NCBI GenBank assembly: GCA_041946805.1
Contig: JBHGBC010000030.1
Location: 1-44,399, forward strand
Source: a bacterium
GTDB lineage: Bacteria; Hinthialibacterota; Hinthialibacteria; Hinthialibacterales; Hinthialibacteraceae
DNA: 44,399 bases
Direction of reading: 5' to 3'
Shown: positions 35,448 through 44,399 of the stretch, in pieces
Position numbering within the stretch: position 1 is the stretch's first letter
Layout of the letters: every line of letters begins with the position of its first letter
Translations under genes and position numbers: made by a program
Notes under the pieces: generated by a model
The model's input: only the letters and a program-made list of their open reading frames with translations
Database searches by the model: none
What the model was told of the DNA's origin: nothing

Positions 35448-36599
35448 ATGCCCGAATCCTGGAACCTCTTCATCTCGGCCGGTGAAGAATCGGCGGATCT
35501 GCACGCCTCCCGGCTCTGCGGCGCGCTCCACCAAACGCTCCCCGGCCTGCGTTGCCTTGGATTCGGCGGCGCCAAAATGGAAACCGCCGGCGTCGAAATC
35601 CTCTATCCCCTGCCCCGCCTGGCCCTGATCGGTTTCGTGGAAGTGATCAAGCACCTGCCCCAGGTTTTCCGCGTCCGCCGCCTGGCCCGTCAAGCCTGGC
35701 GCGAACACCGGCCGGACGCCGTGCTCCTCGTCGATTTCCCGGGATTTCATCTCCACTTGGCGAAAGACGCCCACCGCCTGGGCATCCCCGTGCTCTACTT
35801 CATCGCCCCCCAGGTCTGGGCCTGGCGCGAAAACCGCGTCGCCGCCATGCGCCGGTCCATCGATCATCTGTACGTGATCTTCCCCTTCGAGGAATCCTTC
35901 TTCCAACAGCGCGGACTCCCCGCCACCTACGTGGGCCATCCCCTCATCGAACGCATCCCCCCGCCCCCGGAGGTCCCAGAGGGGGAAAACACGCCAGACC
36001 TGCGAAATCCCCGGATCGGCCTGCTGCCCGGCAGCCGCCCAAGCGAACTGCGCCACATCCTTCCCTCTCTCCTGCGCGCCGCCGGGCTGCTTCGGGAGCG
36101 AAGACCCGAATGCCGCTTCTTCTTCCCCCTCGCCGACACCCTGGACGAATCGTTTCTCCCGCCTTTCCACATCCCCTCCTGGATCGAGGTCCGCCGCGAC
36201 ACGGATTACCAGCTCCGCCGCTCCTTGACCTTCGCCTGGACCGCCTCGGGCACCGCCACCGTGGAAAACGCCCTGCTCGGCCTGCCCATGGCCGTGGTGT
36301 ACCGGACCGGACGGCTCAACATCTTCATCGGCCGCCGGCTGGTCCGCGTTCCCTACATCGGCATGGTCAACCTGATCGCGCGCAAAGGCATCTGTCCGGA
36401 ATTCGTGCAGGAACAATGCCAGCCCGAAGCCCTGGCCCGCTACGCGGACGAACTGCTCGCCTCGCCCGGCCGGTATGGGGAAATGAAACGGGACCTGGCC
36501 TTGGTGCGGCAGCAGATGGGCTCCACCCCTGCCTCCACCCGCGCCGCCCAGGCCATTGTGGAATTTTTACGGATGACTGCCGGTGTATCCCGGAAATAA
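35448..36599 (+). CDS. lpxB: Lipid-A-disaccharide synthase
   Basis: SAGEESADLHA, IGFVEV, VDFPGF, PQVWAWR, IFPFE, VGHPL, LLPGSR..E, ASGTATVE, PMAVVYR, PEFVQ. Confidence 0.95.
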   Translation: MPESWNLFISAGEESADLHASRLCGALHQTLPGLRCLGFGGAKMETAGVEILYPLPRLALIGFVEVIKHLPQVFRVRRLARQAWREHRPDAVLLVDFPGFHLHLAKDAHRLGIPVLYFIAPQVWAWRENRVAAMRRSIDHLYVIFPFEESFFQQRGLPATYVGHPLIERIPPPPEVPEGENTPDLRNPRIGLLPGSRPSELRHILPSLLRAAGLLRERRPECRFFFPLADTLDESFLPPFHIPSWIEVRRDTDYQLRRSLTFAWTASGTATVENALLGLPMAVVYRTGRLNIFIGRRLVRVPYIGMVNLIARKGICPEFVQEQCQPEALARYADELLASPGRYGEMKRDLALVRQQMGSTPASTRAAQAIVEFLRMTAGVSRK

Positions 36600-36790
36600 A
36601 CCTTCCGGAAGGAACCGATCTTCCCCGGAAGGCCGGCCGTTGGATGGATGCGCTCCGGGAGAGGGATCGGCGAGCGGCCCGTGAACCGGACTTTCTCCGC
36701 GGCCGCTCTCATGCAATCCACCCCCGCAAATAACCGGGGCGCGTGGCCACGCGCCCCGGCTTGCCTACACGATCGGATTTCACCGCTTCC

Positions 36791-38053
36791 CTAGACGTTC
36801 CGCTCCTTCATCAATCCATACAAATCAACCAGCAAATAGAAGAGGAACGCCAGCAGAAACGCCATCATCCCGGCCACCGCCACCATGATCGAACGGGTGG
36901 GATACACCTTTTTCAAGTTGGGAACCGCCTTGATCCACAACACCAGATCCTGCCGCTCGGTGGTGACCGTGGTTCCCGCCCAGCTGGCCTGCTTGTCGAT
37001 TCCGGAATAGATTTCCAGCGCCCGGTCCAACTCGGCCTTCTTGATCATTTCGTCCAATTCCATGTCAAACAACTTGTTCTGCATGACTTCGATCTGTTGG
37101 CTCACGTCCTTGATCCGGTTCGCCATGCTTTGACGCTTGGCTTCAAGGGAGGGGAGATCGGCCTTGAGCTTCTCGTATTCCTGCTGCAAGGAGAAATAGG
37201 AGGGATTCACCGCCTCGTCATAAAAGGTAATCCCTTTCAAGTTCTCCAGATCGACATTCTCGCCCAGGGTTTGTCGCATGGTTTCGAAGGAAAGGTTGTC
37301 GCTGAACACCGACCGTTCCGTCCGGATCTTGGGCTTCAGGGCCGAATCCGTCGCGGAAAAGATTTGATCCATCCGCGCCAGCCGTTCCTTCTGCTCCACG
37401 ATCGAATGATCCAACGTGTCGATCTGCTGCTCGAGGGTGGAATAAATGGTGTTGAGATTGGTCAGCTGGACCACCGTGAACGGTTTCAGATTCTTCTTGG
37501 CGGTCCTTTCGTACTCTTCCCTGAATAGTGTGACCTGTTTCCTGATTTTTTCGATTTCCGTCTCGATTTGACTGGAGCTGGACTGCTTTTCCTTCTCGAT
37601 CAGTTCCTTGTTTTTTTCGATCGCTATCTGGGCCAGCACGTTGGCGACCTCCGCCGCCTTCTCCGCGTCCTCCAGCATGACCGCTATTTTGATGATCGAT
37701 GTGTCATTGATATAGGAAACGACCATCCGGCTTCGCAGATGCCCCGGGTATTTCATTTTGTAGGGGGGATTGCGCAGCCCGCAACGGTCTATAACCTGCA
37801 GCAAGATTTCGTCGGCGGTAAACAACCATTCAAACGACCGCATGGGGATGGCGGGATTCTGCATGGTGCGCTCGCCCAGCTTGGATTTCAACACGAACAG
37901 GGTGGCGTCGGATAAATACCGGTTGGGAATGAGCAGCGACGAGCCGGCCGCCACCGCCATGCACAACACCGTAAAGAGGGAGATGCGTTTCCCCCGTTCC
38001 CAGATCACCTGAAATATGGATGATAAACTGATTTCCTTCTCTTCGATCATCAC
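36791..38053 (-). CDS. Wzz/GumC-like polysaccharide chain-length determinant (no kinase domain)
   Basis: EKEISLSSIFQVIW, TM1, P..Y.S.AT, coiled-coil periplasmic region, AVP..KKVYPTR before TM2. Confidence 0.8.
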   Translation of the reverse strand: MMIEEKEISLSSIFQVIWERGKRISLFTVLCMAVAAGSSLLIPNRYLSDATLFVLKSKLGERTMQNPAIPMRSFEWLFTADEILLQVIDRCGLRNPPYKMKYPGHLRSRMVVSYINDTSIIKIAVMLEDAEKAAEVANVLAQIAIEKNKELIEKEKQSSSSQIETEIEKIRKQVTLFREEYERTAKKNLKPFTVVQLTNLNTIYSTLEQQIDTLDHSIVEQKERLARMDQIFSATDSALKPKIRTERSVFSDNLSFETMRQTLGENVDLENLKGITFYDEAVNPSYFSLQQEYEKLKADLPSLEAKRQSMANRIKDVSQQIEVMQNKLFDMELDEMIKKAELDRALEIYSGIDKQASWAGTTVTTERQDLVLWIKAVPNLKKVYPTRSIMVAVAGMMAFLLAFLFYLLVDLYGLMKERNV

Positions 38054-38231
38054 CGGTTCCTTGTTGTCCCTGGTGTCCCCCGCCGTGGCTCCCGGTCCCC
38101 CCCGGCCTCACGCGTGGCGAGACCTACGATACACAGATCCCCGGCGCGAATAAACCCCGGCAGTCCGGCTTCCCCCCGGGGAAGCCCGGGCCGCCTGGCC
38201 AGCCGGGTTTCCGTCTTCCCGCGTTCCCGAA

Positions 38232-39392
38232 TCATTGGCTTGTGGGAGTGGGGGCGAGAGGTCCGGTCCGCGGACGTTTGAGAGTCTCTTCGTATAATTT
38301 CACGTGGTATTTCTTCTTCAAACTCTCCCGCCAATCGTCCATCTTGAGCTTCAACATCAGATTCGGGAGAATACTCTGGATGGGTTCGGATTCAAAGGGT
38401 TGGACCACGGAAGGGGTTTTCTCGAACACCAGGAAAAAACCAAAACTGTTTTCCAGAACCGGGACCACCTCCGACAAATCCCCCACGCCGCATTTCACCA
38501 CCTGATCCCGGAACGCCTGCGAATATTGGGTCCACCAGGGATCCTTGTGATAGAGAAACAGATACCCGTAATTGTACTTTCCGCTGTAGTCATCCGAATA
38601 ATTCCTCGCGTATTCCTGCAGCACCTTGCGTTGGGCGGTCACATCCCCCACCTGGCCGGCGATTTTTTGCTTCACTTCGCCGTGCAGCTTCCGCGCCAGG
38701 CTTTCCGCCTCCTCCAGGGTGCGCTTTTCCCCGGCCTGGATCACCACCCAATTCACCTTCGAGGTCCCCGGCTGGGTGCAGTATTCCTCCGTGTGCTGAT
38801 CGTAGAATTCCCGCATGACCTCCGGCGTGATGCCCTGCTGGATTTTCTTCTGCTCATCCTCGATGCATAGCCGGCTCAATTCGATGTTCGAGAGGATCTG
38901 GATCAGCCCGGCCTCCGTCTGCCCCGCCTGCCGCAGCGCGTTTTGGTATTGATCCACGGTTTCGTACTTGCCCCGGAAGCCCCGCAGCAGTTCATCCTTC
39001 TTGGCGGGGGTCACGCTCAATTTCCGGGCGAACGCCTCCTGGATCAGCAGGTAATTCTCCAGCAGCACGTCCCGCGTCTTGCGGCGTTCCGCGGCCACGA
39101 TTTCGTCCAGCCGGGCCGTCCCCGAGGCGTATTCGACGATTTGCGCCATGCGCGGCGCCAGGATGTTGTCGATCTGCGCCAAGGAGATCCGGCCGCCGTC
39201 CCACTCGGCCGCCAGCGGATCCGCGGCGGCGGCCGGGGGAGACTCCAGCCGCCCGGTTGCCGCCTTCGCGGCCTCTGGCGCCGGGGTAACTTCCGTTTCC
39301 GCCACGGGTTTTTCCGGAACGGGCTTTTCGCCGCAGGCGGCCGCCCACACCATCACACCGGCCACCAAGGGGAACAACGCAGCCTTTTTCAT
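38232..39392 (-). CDS. SurA/PrsA-like peptidyl-prolyl isomerase lipoprotein
   Basis: Lipobox WAAAC; SurA-N-like helical region (LLIQEA..RKLSVT); parvulin-like ARNYSDD.SG...G.L...GDLSEVV...GFFLV. Confidence 0.72.
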   Translation of the reverse strand: MKKAALFPLVAGVMVWAAACGEKPVPEKPVAETEVTPAPEAAKAATGRLESPPAAAADPLAAEWDGGRISLAQIDNILAPRMAQIVEYASGTARLDEIVAAERRKTRDVLLENYLLIQEAFARKLSVTPAKKDELLRGFRGKYETVDQYQNALRQAGQTEAGLIQILSNIELSRLCIEDEQKKIQQGITPEVMREFYDQHTEEYCTQPGTSKVNWVVIQAGEKRTLEEAESLARKLHGEVKQKIAGQVGDVTAQRKVLQEYARNYSDDYSGKYNYGYLFLYHKDPWWTQYSQAFRDQVVKCGVGDLSEVVPVLENSFGFFLVFEKTPSVVQPFESEPIQSILPNLMLKLKMDDWRESLKKKYHVKLYEETLKRPRTGPLAPTPTSQ

Positions 39393-39426
39393 TCGGGGAT
39401 TCCTTTAAAGAGGAGAGGTAATGACA

Positions 39427-40356
39427 TCACTGGGACTTGGGATTGGCCCCATCCGGAACGATCCGCCCGCCGGGCCCCACCTGCGGCTGTTGGGTGAACA
39501 GCTGATCGAAGTCGGGCATCGGTTTCCCGGGATGGAATTTGGCCCAATACCGCTTGTAAGCGTCTTTCTGTTCTTGCGTCTGGGGATAGCCCGGATTGTA
39601 CTGCGCGCTTTCCTTCATGAACTGGCTGCCGAACCGCTCCTCGTATTCCTTCAGCCCTTGTTCCTGCTCTTTTTGCGTGACCGGCCGCGGCATCTGGGTT
39701 CCGAACGGCGGCTTGTAGTTCTCGCTGAATTTCTTGAACTTGTCCCCGAACCGGCGCATGTAGTAATTGTACGCCTCTTCCTGCTCCGCCGGGGTCAGGG
39801 GACGGGGATTTTCCTTCACTTCATCAAAGAATTTCGGCACCAGCGCCAGCCGCAAGGGGAAGACGGCCTCGCCCAGCCGCAGGGTCACCGCGTCGCCGGT
39901 CAGCTGGTTGACGTGGACGCCGTTCTCCAACGTCTGCCCTTCAAACACGTTGAAAAAGGTATTGTCCCGTGTCTTGTGGATCGTTCCCGTCTTGTTGCTG
40001 TCCCCGATCTGCGAAAATTCGACGTAAACCCAGTCTTCGATCAACGCCATCAGCCGGTTGGTGTCGTTGTCGAGGTCCTTGATCACCCGGGCCGGCTTCG
40101 TCGCGGAGTCGACTCCTTCCGCTTCCGCGGCCGGCTCCGCGGCGCCCGCTCCCGGCGTCGGCTCCACCGCGTCCGGGAACAAATCCAACACATGCTCGGC
40201 GGCGGGATCGCTCTGCAGCACCGGCAAGGGCTGGCTGGCCGGATCAATCCGGTTGACCGTGATCTCCACCTTCTTGGGCTGTGGCGCCTGCAGCACCGCG
40301 AACACCACGATCCCGATTACCAACACGCATGTGAACAATACGACAAAGGTCCGCAT
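39427..40356 (-). CDS. Membrane-anchored hypothetical protein with GspC-HR/PilP-like beta domain
   Basis: N-terminal TM; GTIHKTRDNTFFNVFEGQTLENGVHVNQLTGDAVTLRLGEAVFPLRL; repeated helical C-terminal units. Confidence 0.65.
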   Translation of the reverse strand: MRTFVVLFTCVLVIGIVVFAVLQAPQPKKVEITVNRIDPASQPLPVLQSDPAAEHVLDLFPDAVEPTPGAGAAEPAAEAEGVDSATKPARVIKDLDNDTNRLMALIEDWVYVEFSQIGDSNKTGTIHKTRDNTFFNVFEGQTLENGVHVNQLTGDAVTLRLGEAVFPLRLALVPKFFDEVKENPRPLTPAEQEEAYNYYMRRFGDKFKKFSENYKPPFGTQMPRPVTQKEQEQGLKEYEERFGSQFMKESAQYNPGYPQTQEQKDAYKRYWAKFHPGKPMPDFDQLFTQQPQVGPGGRIVPDGANPKSQ

Positions 40357-40482
40357 AATCTTCTTTCCTGATTGAACCCCGGGGGCCGGTTTACACCGTC
40401 CCCCCGCATTTCGGCTGGATTTAGTTTATCATGCAGAATTTATAGGGAATAGCCCCTGCCTCGCCACTCCCCGGAACCCCCC

Positions 40483-40769
40483 CATGGGATGGGTTGGCGC
40501 GGAGCGCGTAATCCATCACACCGAATACCTTCTCTCTTCTGTTTTCCCTCTCCCCCGGGGAGAGGGCCAGCGTGAGGGAATTCTTTTCTCATCGATTGTA
40601 CATCCTGTCCGATCGCTCCCCTTCCTGGGCCTTTTCCCCTTTTCGCGCCCCTTTCAAGGGACCGCCTGGAGCAACCCAAAGACTCAACCCCGGGCAACCG
40701 CATCACCGCCAACAACCCGCTGCGCCACCGGAAAACGTTTTCAGCTGGTCCAGGGTTTCAATCCTGGGT
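40483..40769 (-). repeat. Mosaic of family E, inverted A and inverted B repeats
   Basis: E at 40483-40517; A at 40546-40578; B at 40644-40695; CCAGGGTTTCAATCCTGGG at about 40750-40768. Confidence 0.72.
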
Positions 40770-40914
40770 CAATCCCCCTGGACAATCCCTGGGACCACAT
40801 CCTTATGCCAATCCCCCGAACCCCACGTCTTTCTTCAACGGGATTTTCCCGCAAAAAGTAACGGCACCCTTGAGCCAAGAGTGCCGTCACTCCCTGGTTT
40901 CTTACTCGTCCCGC

Positions 40915-43900
40915 CTAAAAGCTCGACGGGAGGACAAACGAATCCTCATACCGGTAATCGACGGGAACGATGATGAAGTTCCCGGTCTGGGTCAGGTTCA
41001 CCTCGGCGGGAACCTGGAAGAAGCCGTAGCGTTTCCCATCGCTGGTGATCACGAAATACGACCGTCCCGCCACCAACGACGCGGAGAGGCCGGGCAAGGT
41101 CACTCCGGTTCCTCCCGTCGCGGTCGCTGGATCGTACGGATTGGAAATCACCAAGGCCCGGGAGATGTTCTGGGCCACGTACTGGGTTGGATTAATCGCG
41201 AAAATGTCGGTGTTTTCCGGCAGCATCATGATCCCGCCCAGGCGGTTGGTCACCTGCACCGTGCCGGCATCCACCAGGATGAAGTCCGCGTCGCCCTGGA
41301 ACACCGAATAGGTGGTGCTGCGCTCGGAGAAGCGGAATCCGAACGGATACTGCACCTGCGCGCCGTCCAGGCTGGCCAGCGGCGGTTGCTGCGGTTGATC
41401 CAGCCCCTGCAGGAACTGCGAATCGTTTTGCGACAGCAACTGCCGCAGCTTCATGCTGATCAACCCGATCTTGCCGTTCGCGTCCCGTTGGAAGCGGAAA
41501 TTCACCCGGTCGAACTGGGGCACTCCCAGCCGCACCGTTCCGTCATACAACGTGAACTCGAACGCCGGCGGCGATACATACCGCCGCGGGAACCCTTCCC
41601 GGATCACCGCCATGATGTTGAACGGCGCCAGCGGATCGTTGTCATTGATGTCCAGGAACATGGACATGGGCGAATCGAAGCCTTCGTTGCGCGCGATGTA
41701 GGTGTTGACCCGGCGGTTGTTGGGCAGGCGGATCAAGACCGAGATGTCGTTAAATTCCACATCCTGGGAGTTGATCAGGTTGAACGTGTCCCGCCCGAAA
41801 TTCCGGACTTCCCACAGATCGGCCACCCAGCCCCGCCCATCCGCCACTTCCCGGATCCGCAGGTTTTGATCGAAGGGCACCACCGAATCCGTGAACAGCA
41901 TCCGCCCGATATACTCGCCGCCGGTCGAGGAGGCATCCACCTGCGGCACGAAATACTCCACGTTGGGAGCGAAGACCGCCATGTCCATCACCACTTGGGC
42001 GGTGATGATGTTCCCCTGGTTGGAAATGGTGAAATAGTTCGGAACCGTATTCGATTCACTGTAGCTTTCGACTTCGTAGTACTCGAAGAAGCGCCGCAGC
42101 GACTTTTCAAATCCGGCCGCGTCGGCCCCGTTCGGATCTTTATACGCGGGCGACACTTGCGCCATGATTTGGGCCACGTTCTCCTTGTTGAAGCCATCGA
42201 TGATCGTCCGGACCGCGTCCACGATCGACTGCAGGTTGATGGAAGCCGTCTCGGTATCGACGATCCGGTCATCGTCCAAGCCTTCCTGGTCCGCGAACAC
42301 GATGCCATCCACCGGCAACAAGGGATCTTGCCCTCCGACCACCGTCACCTGGCCGCTGCCCTGAACATACATGAGCATGGAGGTGTCGCCCGGGAACAAC
42401 TTCACTTGCCGGACCGAACCCGGGACAACGGACGCGGGCGGTTTCAACGCTTCCAGCCGGCTCTTGATGTCTCCGCCCGGCCCCACCACCGTGATGTTGC
42501 CGTCCGCGTCGGTGATCACCACGTGCGACACCGAGCCGCCCTGGACCACCAGGCTCATGTCCCGGTACACATCGCCCTGGACGATGTGGCTCCAGGTCCC
42601 CACGGACGATCCCCCGGCCACGTTGAACAAGCCGTTCCCGGCCAGGAAGTAGATCTGCGCGCCGCCGGGCGAGAGTTCCATATCCCGGTAGAGATCGATC
42701 CCCACCGGCTCGGGCCGCAGATTGGTGTTGGCGGCGCTGCCGAGATACAACATGTCGCCGTCCCCGTCCAGGACATAGATGGCGCCCTGATTCCAGTCCA
42801 CCTCCACGTCCCGGGCGTACTCGATCGTGATTTGATTCTCCGTCGCGCCCAGGATCAACTCGCCGCCGGTCAACGAATTCTTGTAAAACGCCACCTGCGA
42901 CTGCGGGAAGAGCAACTGGCCGTTGGGTTGGAGATTGGTCCGGAACACGCCCAAATCCCCCGTCCCCAGCACGTTGCCGTCCACTTGCAGCATGATCAAT
43001 CCCGAGAAGGTGGAATTCACTTCCATGTCCACCACGCGCGTCGTGGATTCGATGCTGGAAAAAGTGGGCGTGTCGCCGAGGTTGAACACCCGGCCATCGT
43101 TCGACAATTTGAGATAGTCGAGCGGATTTTGCAGATCCCCGGTAACCACGATGCCGCCCGTGCCGCCGCCCGTGCCGCCGCCGGTCCCGCCGCCGCCCGG
43201 CACGGAGGCCACCGTGCTGATGGAGCCATCGGCGTACACATAAACCGGCGGATTCACCCCGTCATCGATCCGCGCGTAGAGGAAATAATCCCGCGTCGGA
43301 TCGAAATCGGGAATGTCATCCCGCATGTTCAACGTGAAGCCCGTATCGATCCCCTCCCGGAGAACCGCCCCGGGCACGAATGCTCCGTCGAATCCCCGCG
43401 AATCCGTATCCGTGTACAGCCGGATCTCCGCCACGCTGTCCGGATCGTCCGCCGTGAACTGCACATCGAACTCGAAGGTGTCGGACGCCAGGTTCAAGCC
43501 GAACCCCGGTGAGGTAAACCGGATGGTGGGCGGAACATTCTGGCTCCGCACCACGATTTCGCTCGTGGTGATCTGATTCTTGCTCAGGTTGCGGAACGAT
43601 TCCCCGCCCGCATCGTAATCCGTCTCCACGAAGGAATGGTACGAAATCCCGCCTTCCGGCGACGGCACCCGGGTGACCTGCCCGGTGGTGGCGTCGGTCG
43701 TGGTGACAAACGCGTTCCGCTGGCCGGAACGGATCCGCACCCGGAACGTGTCGCCCACCACGGCGTCCGGCGACGAACGCAGGACGATATAGAAATCGTC
43801 CCCCGCCAGCGGCCCGAAATTCTCGTCCGGCAGCTGGATTTGATACATGTAGTTGGTGGAATACGCGCCGTTGTTGGTCGTAACAAAATCCTGCATCTGC

Positions 43901-44399
43901 AATCCGCTGTACGGATTGGTGACCGACGCTTCCGTGGGCTCCGGCAACTCCGGATATTCCGGGCCGGCTTCCGGATCGGCGTTGGCCTCGGCGTCCGCCA
44001 CGGCCTGGTTGAAGTCGGCGATGGCCTGGCGCACGTTGACATACGTGTCGTTCATCGTGTTCACGATGTCGCTGACGAACTGGTTGATCGCGTTGGTGTC
44101 CGCGGTCTGCACGTCAAAACCGAACTGGTGGAAATTGGGCGAAGACGACAGGTTGTCGCCCTGCGGATTCTGGGCGTTGGTGGCGGGGACATCGATGACC
44201 ATGGGCGTATGCCCCACCCGCACGAAACCGAACGCCGAGTTGGGCACGCGCATGGCCGAAGCCATCGACAAGGCCCACGTAACCCGCACGTCGCCCTTCG
44301 GATCCGGAATCACCGGCACGTCGGTGTCGCTTTGCGAAACCAGCACCAGCATCCAAATTTTAGGCCCCTTCGGCGCCGTGGGATCCGTGTTCCACCGCG
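40915..44399 (-). CDS. Large multidomain probable surface/extracellular protein (5' end beyond window)
   Basis: Frame stays open to the window end (RWNTDPTAPKGPKIW before M at 44352); Ig-like, GGGT linker, beta-propeller-like and NTF2-like segments. Confidence 0.8.
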   Translation of the reverse strand, partial: RWNTDPTAPKGPKIWMLVLVSQSDTDVPVIPDPKGDVRVTWALSMASAMRVPNSAFGFVRVGHTPMVIDVPATNAQNPQGDNLSSSPNFHQFGFDVQTADTNAINQFVSDIVNTMNDTYVNVRQAIADFNQAVADAEANADPEAGPEYPELPEPTEASVTNPYSGLQMQDFVTTNNGAYSTNYMYQIQLPDENFGPLAGDDFYIVLRSSPDAVVGDTFRVRIRSGQRNAFVTTTDATTGQVTRVPSPEGGISYHSFVETDYDAGGESFRNLSKNQITTSEIVVRSQNVPPTIRFTSPGFGLNLASDTFEFDVQFTADDPDSVAEIRLYTDTDSRGFDGAFVPGAVLREGIDTGFTLNMRDDIPDFDPTRDYFLYARIDDGVNPPVYVYADGSISTVASVPGGGGTGGGTGGGTGGIVVTGDLQNPLDYLKLSNDGRVFNLGDTPTFSSIESTTRVVDMEVNSTFSGLIMLQVDGNVLGTGDLGVFRTNLQPNGQLLFPQSQVAFYKNSLTGGELILGATENQITIEYARDVEVDWNQGAIYVLDGDGDMLYLGSAANTNLRPEPVGIDLYRDMELSPGGAQIYFLAGNGLFNVAGGSSVGTWSHIVQGDVYRDMSLVVQGGSVSHVVITDADGNITVVGPGGDIKSRLEALKPPASVVPGSVRQVKLFPGDTSMLMYVQGSGQVTVVGGQDPLLPVDGIVFADQEGLDDDRIVDTETASINLQSIVDAVRTIIDGFNKENVAQIMAQVSPAYKDPNGADAAGFEKSLRRFFEYYEVESYSESNTVPNYFTISNQGNIITAQVVMDMAVFAPNVEYFVPQVDASSTGGEYIGRMLFTDSVVPFDQNLRIREVADGRGWVADLWEVRNFGRDTFNLINSQDVEFNDISVLIRLPNNRRVNTYIARNEGFDSPMSMFLDINDNDPLAPFNIMAVIREGFPRRYVSPPAFEFTLYDGTVRLGVPQFDRVNFRFQRDANGKIGLISMKLRQLLSQNDSQFLQGLDQPQQPPLASLDGAQVQYPFGFRFSERSTTYSVFQGDADFILVDAGTVQVTNRLGGIMMLPENTDIFAINPTQYVAQNISRALVISNPYDPATATGGTGVTLPGLSASLVAGRSYFVITSDGKRYGFFQVPAEVNLTQTGNFIIVPVDYRYEDSFVLPSSF

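Noticed and set aside
27..40578. CRISPR array suggested by recurring 30-35-bp palindromic repeats
   Set aside because: Copies are dispersed, degenerate and in both orientations, never in a tandem repeat-spacer array; no cas genes.
294..43512. Long antisense ORFs (e.g. 294-2390, 13876-16113, 30794-32674, 40870-43512)
   Set aside because: Shadow frames of well-supported genes in high-GC DNA, with no recognisable motifs.

Overview
GC-rich bacterial chromosomal window from a diderm organism (lpxB, a beta-barrel outer-membrane protein, L,D-transpeptidase). The lineage cannot be assigned from sequence alone. The left half (1-23.5 kb) is accessory-like: secreted carbohydrate-active and FGE-sulfatase-domain proteins (FGE+BNR/sialidase-like, GH172/DUF2961, DUF4038, tandem-FGE, GH151/GHL6-like), a higBA toxin-antitoxin pair, mutL, a FadL/PorV-like barrel, an ICMT-like/TetR/UbiB(COQ8)-kinase module and an NlpC/P60 peptidase. 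The right half holds housekeeping and envelope genes (queA, argF-argD-argB-hisG-ldt, secDF, GT-C, lpxB, wzz, PPIase, a GspC/PilP-like protein and a truncated >1100-aa surface-type protein). I found no rRNA, tRNA, CRISPR array, transposase or reverse transcriptase. The most striking non-coding structures are: (i) intergenic regions built from at least seven families of REP-like hairpins plus two MITE types, one with 22-bp TIRs and an 8-bp target duplication; (ii) two near-identical sigma70 promoters, each bracketed by TGAG-N4-CTCA operators, defining a predicted TetR(COQ9-like)/COQ8-like kinase/ICMT regulon; (iii) a sigma28-type promoter in front of an unannotated 65-aa protein; (iv) a predicted leaderless higBA operon. 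Protein family calls come from motif recognition, not database searches.
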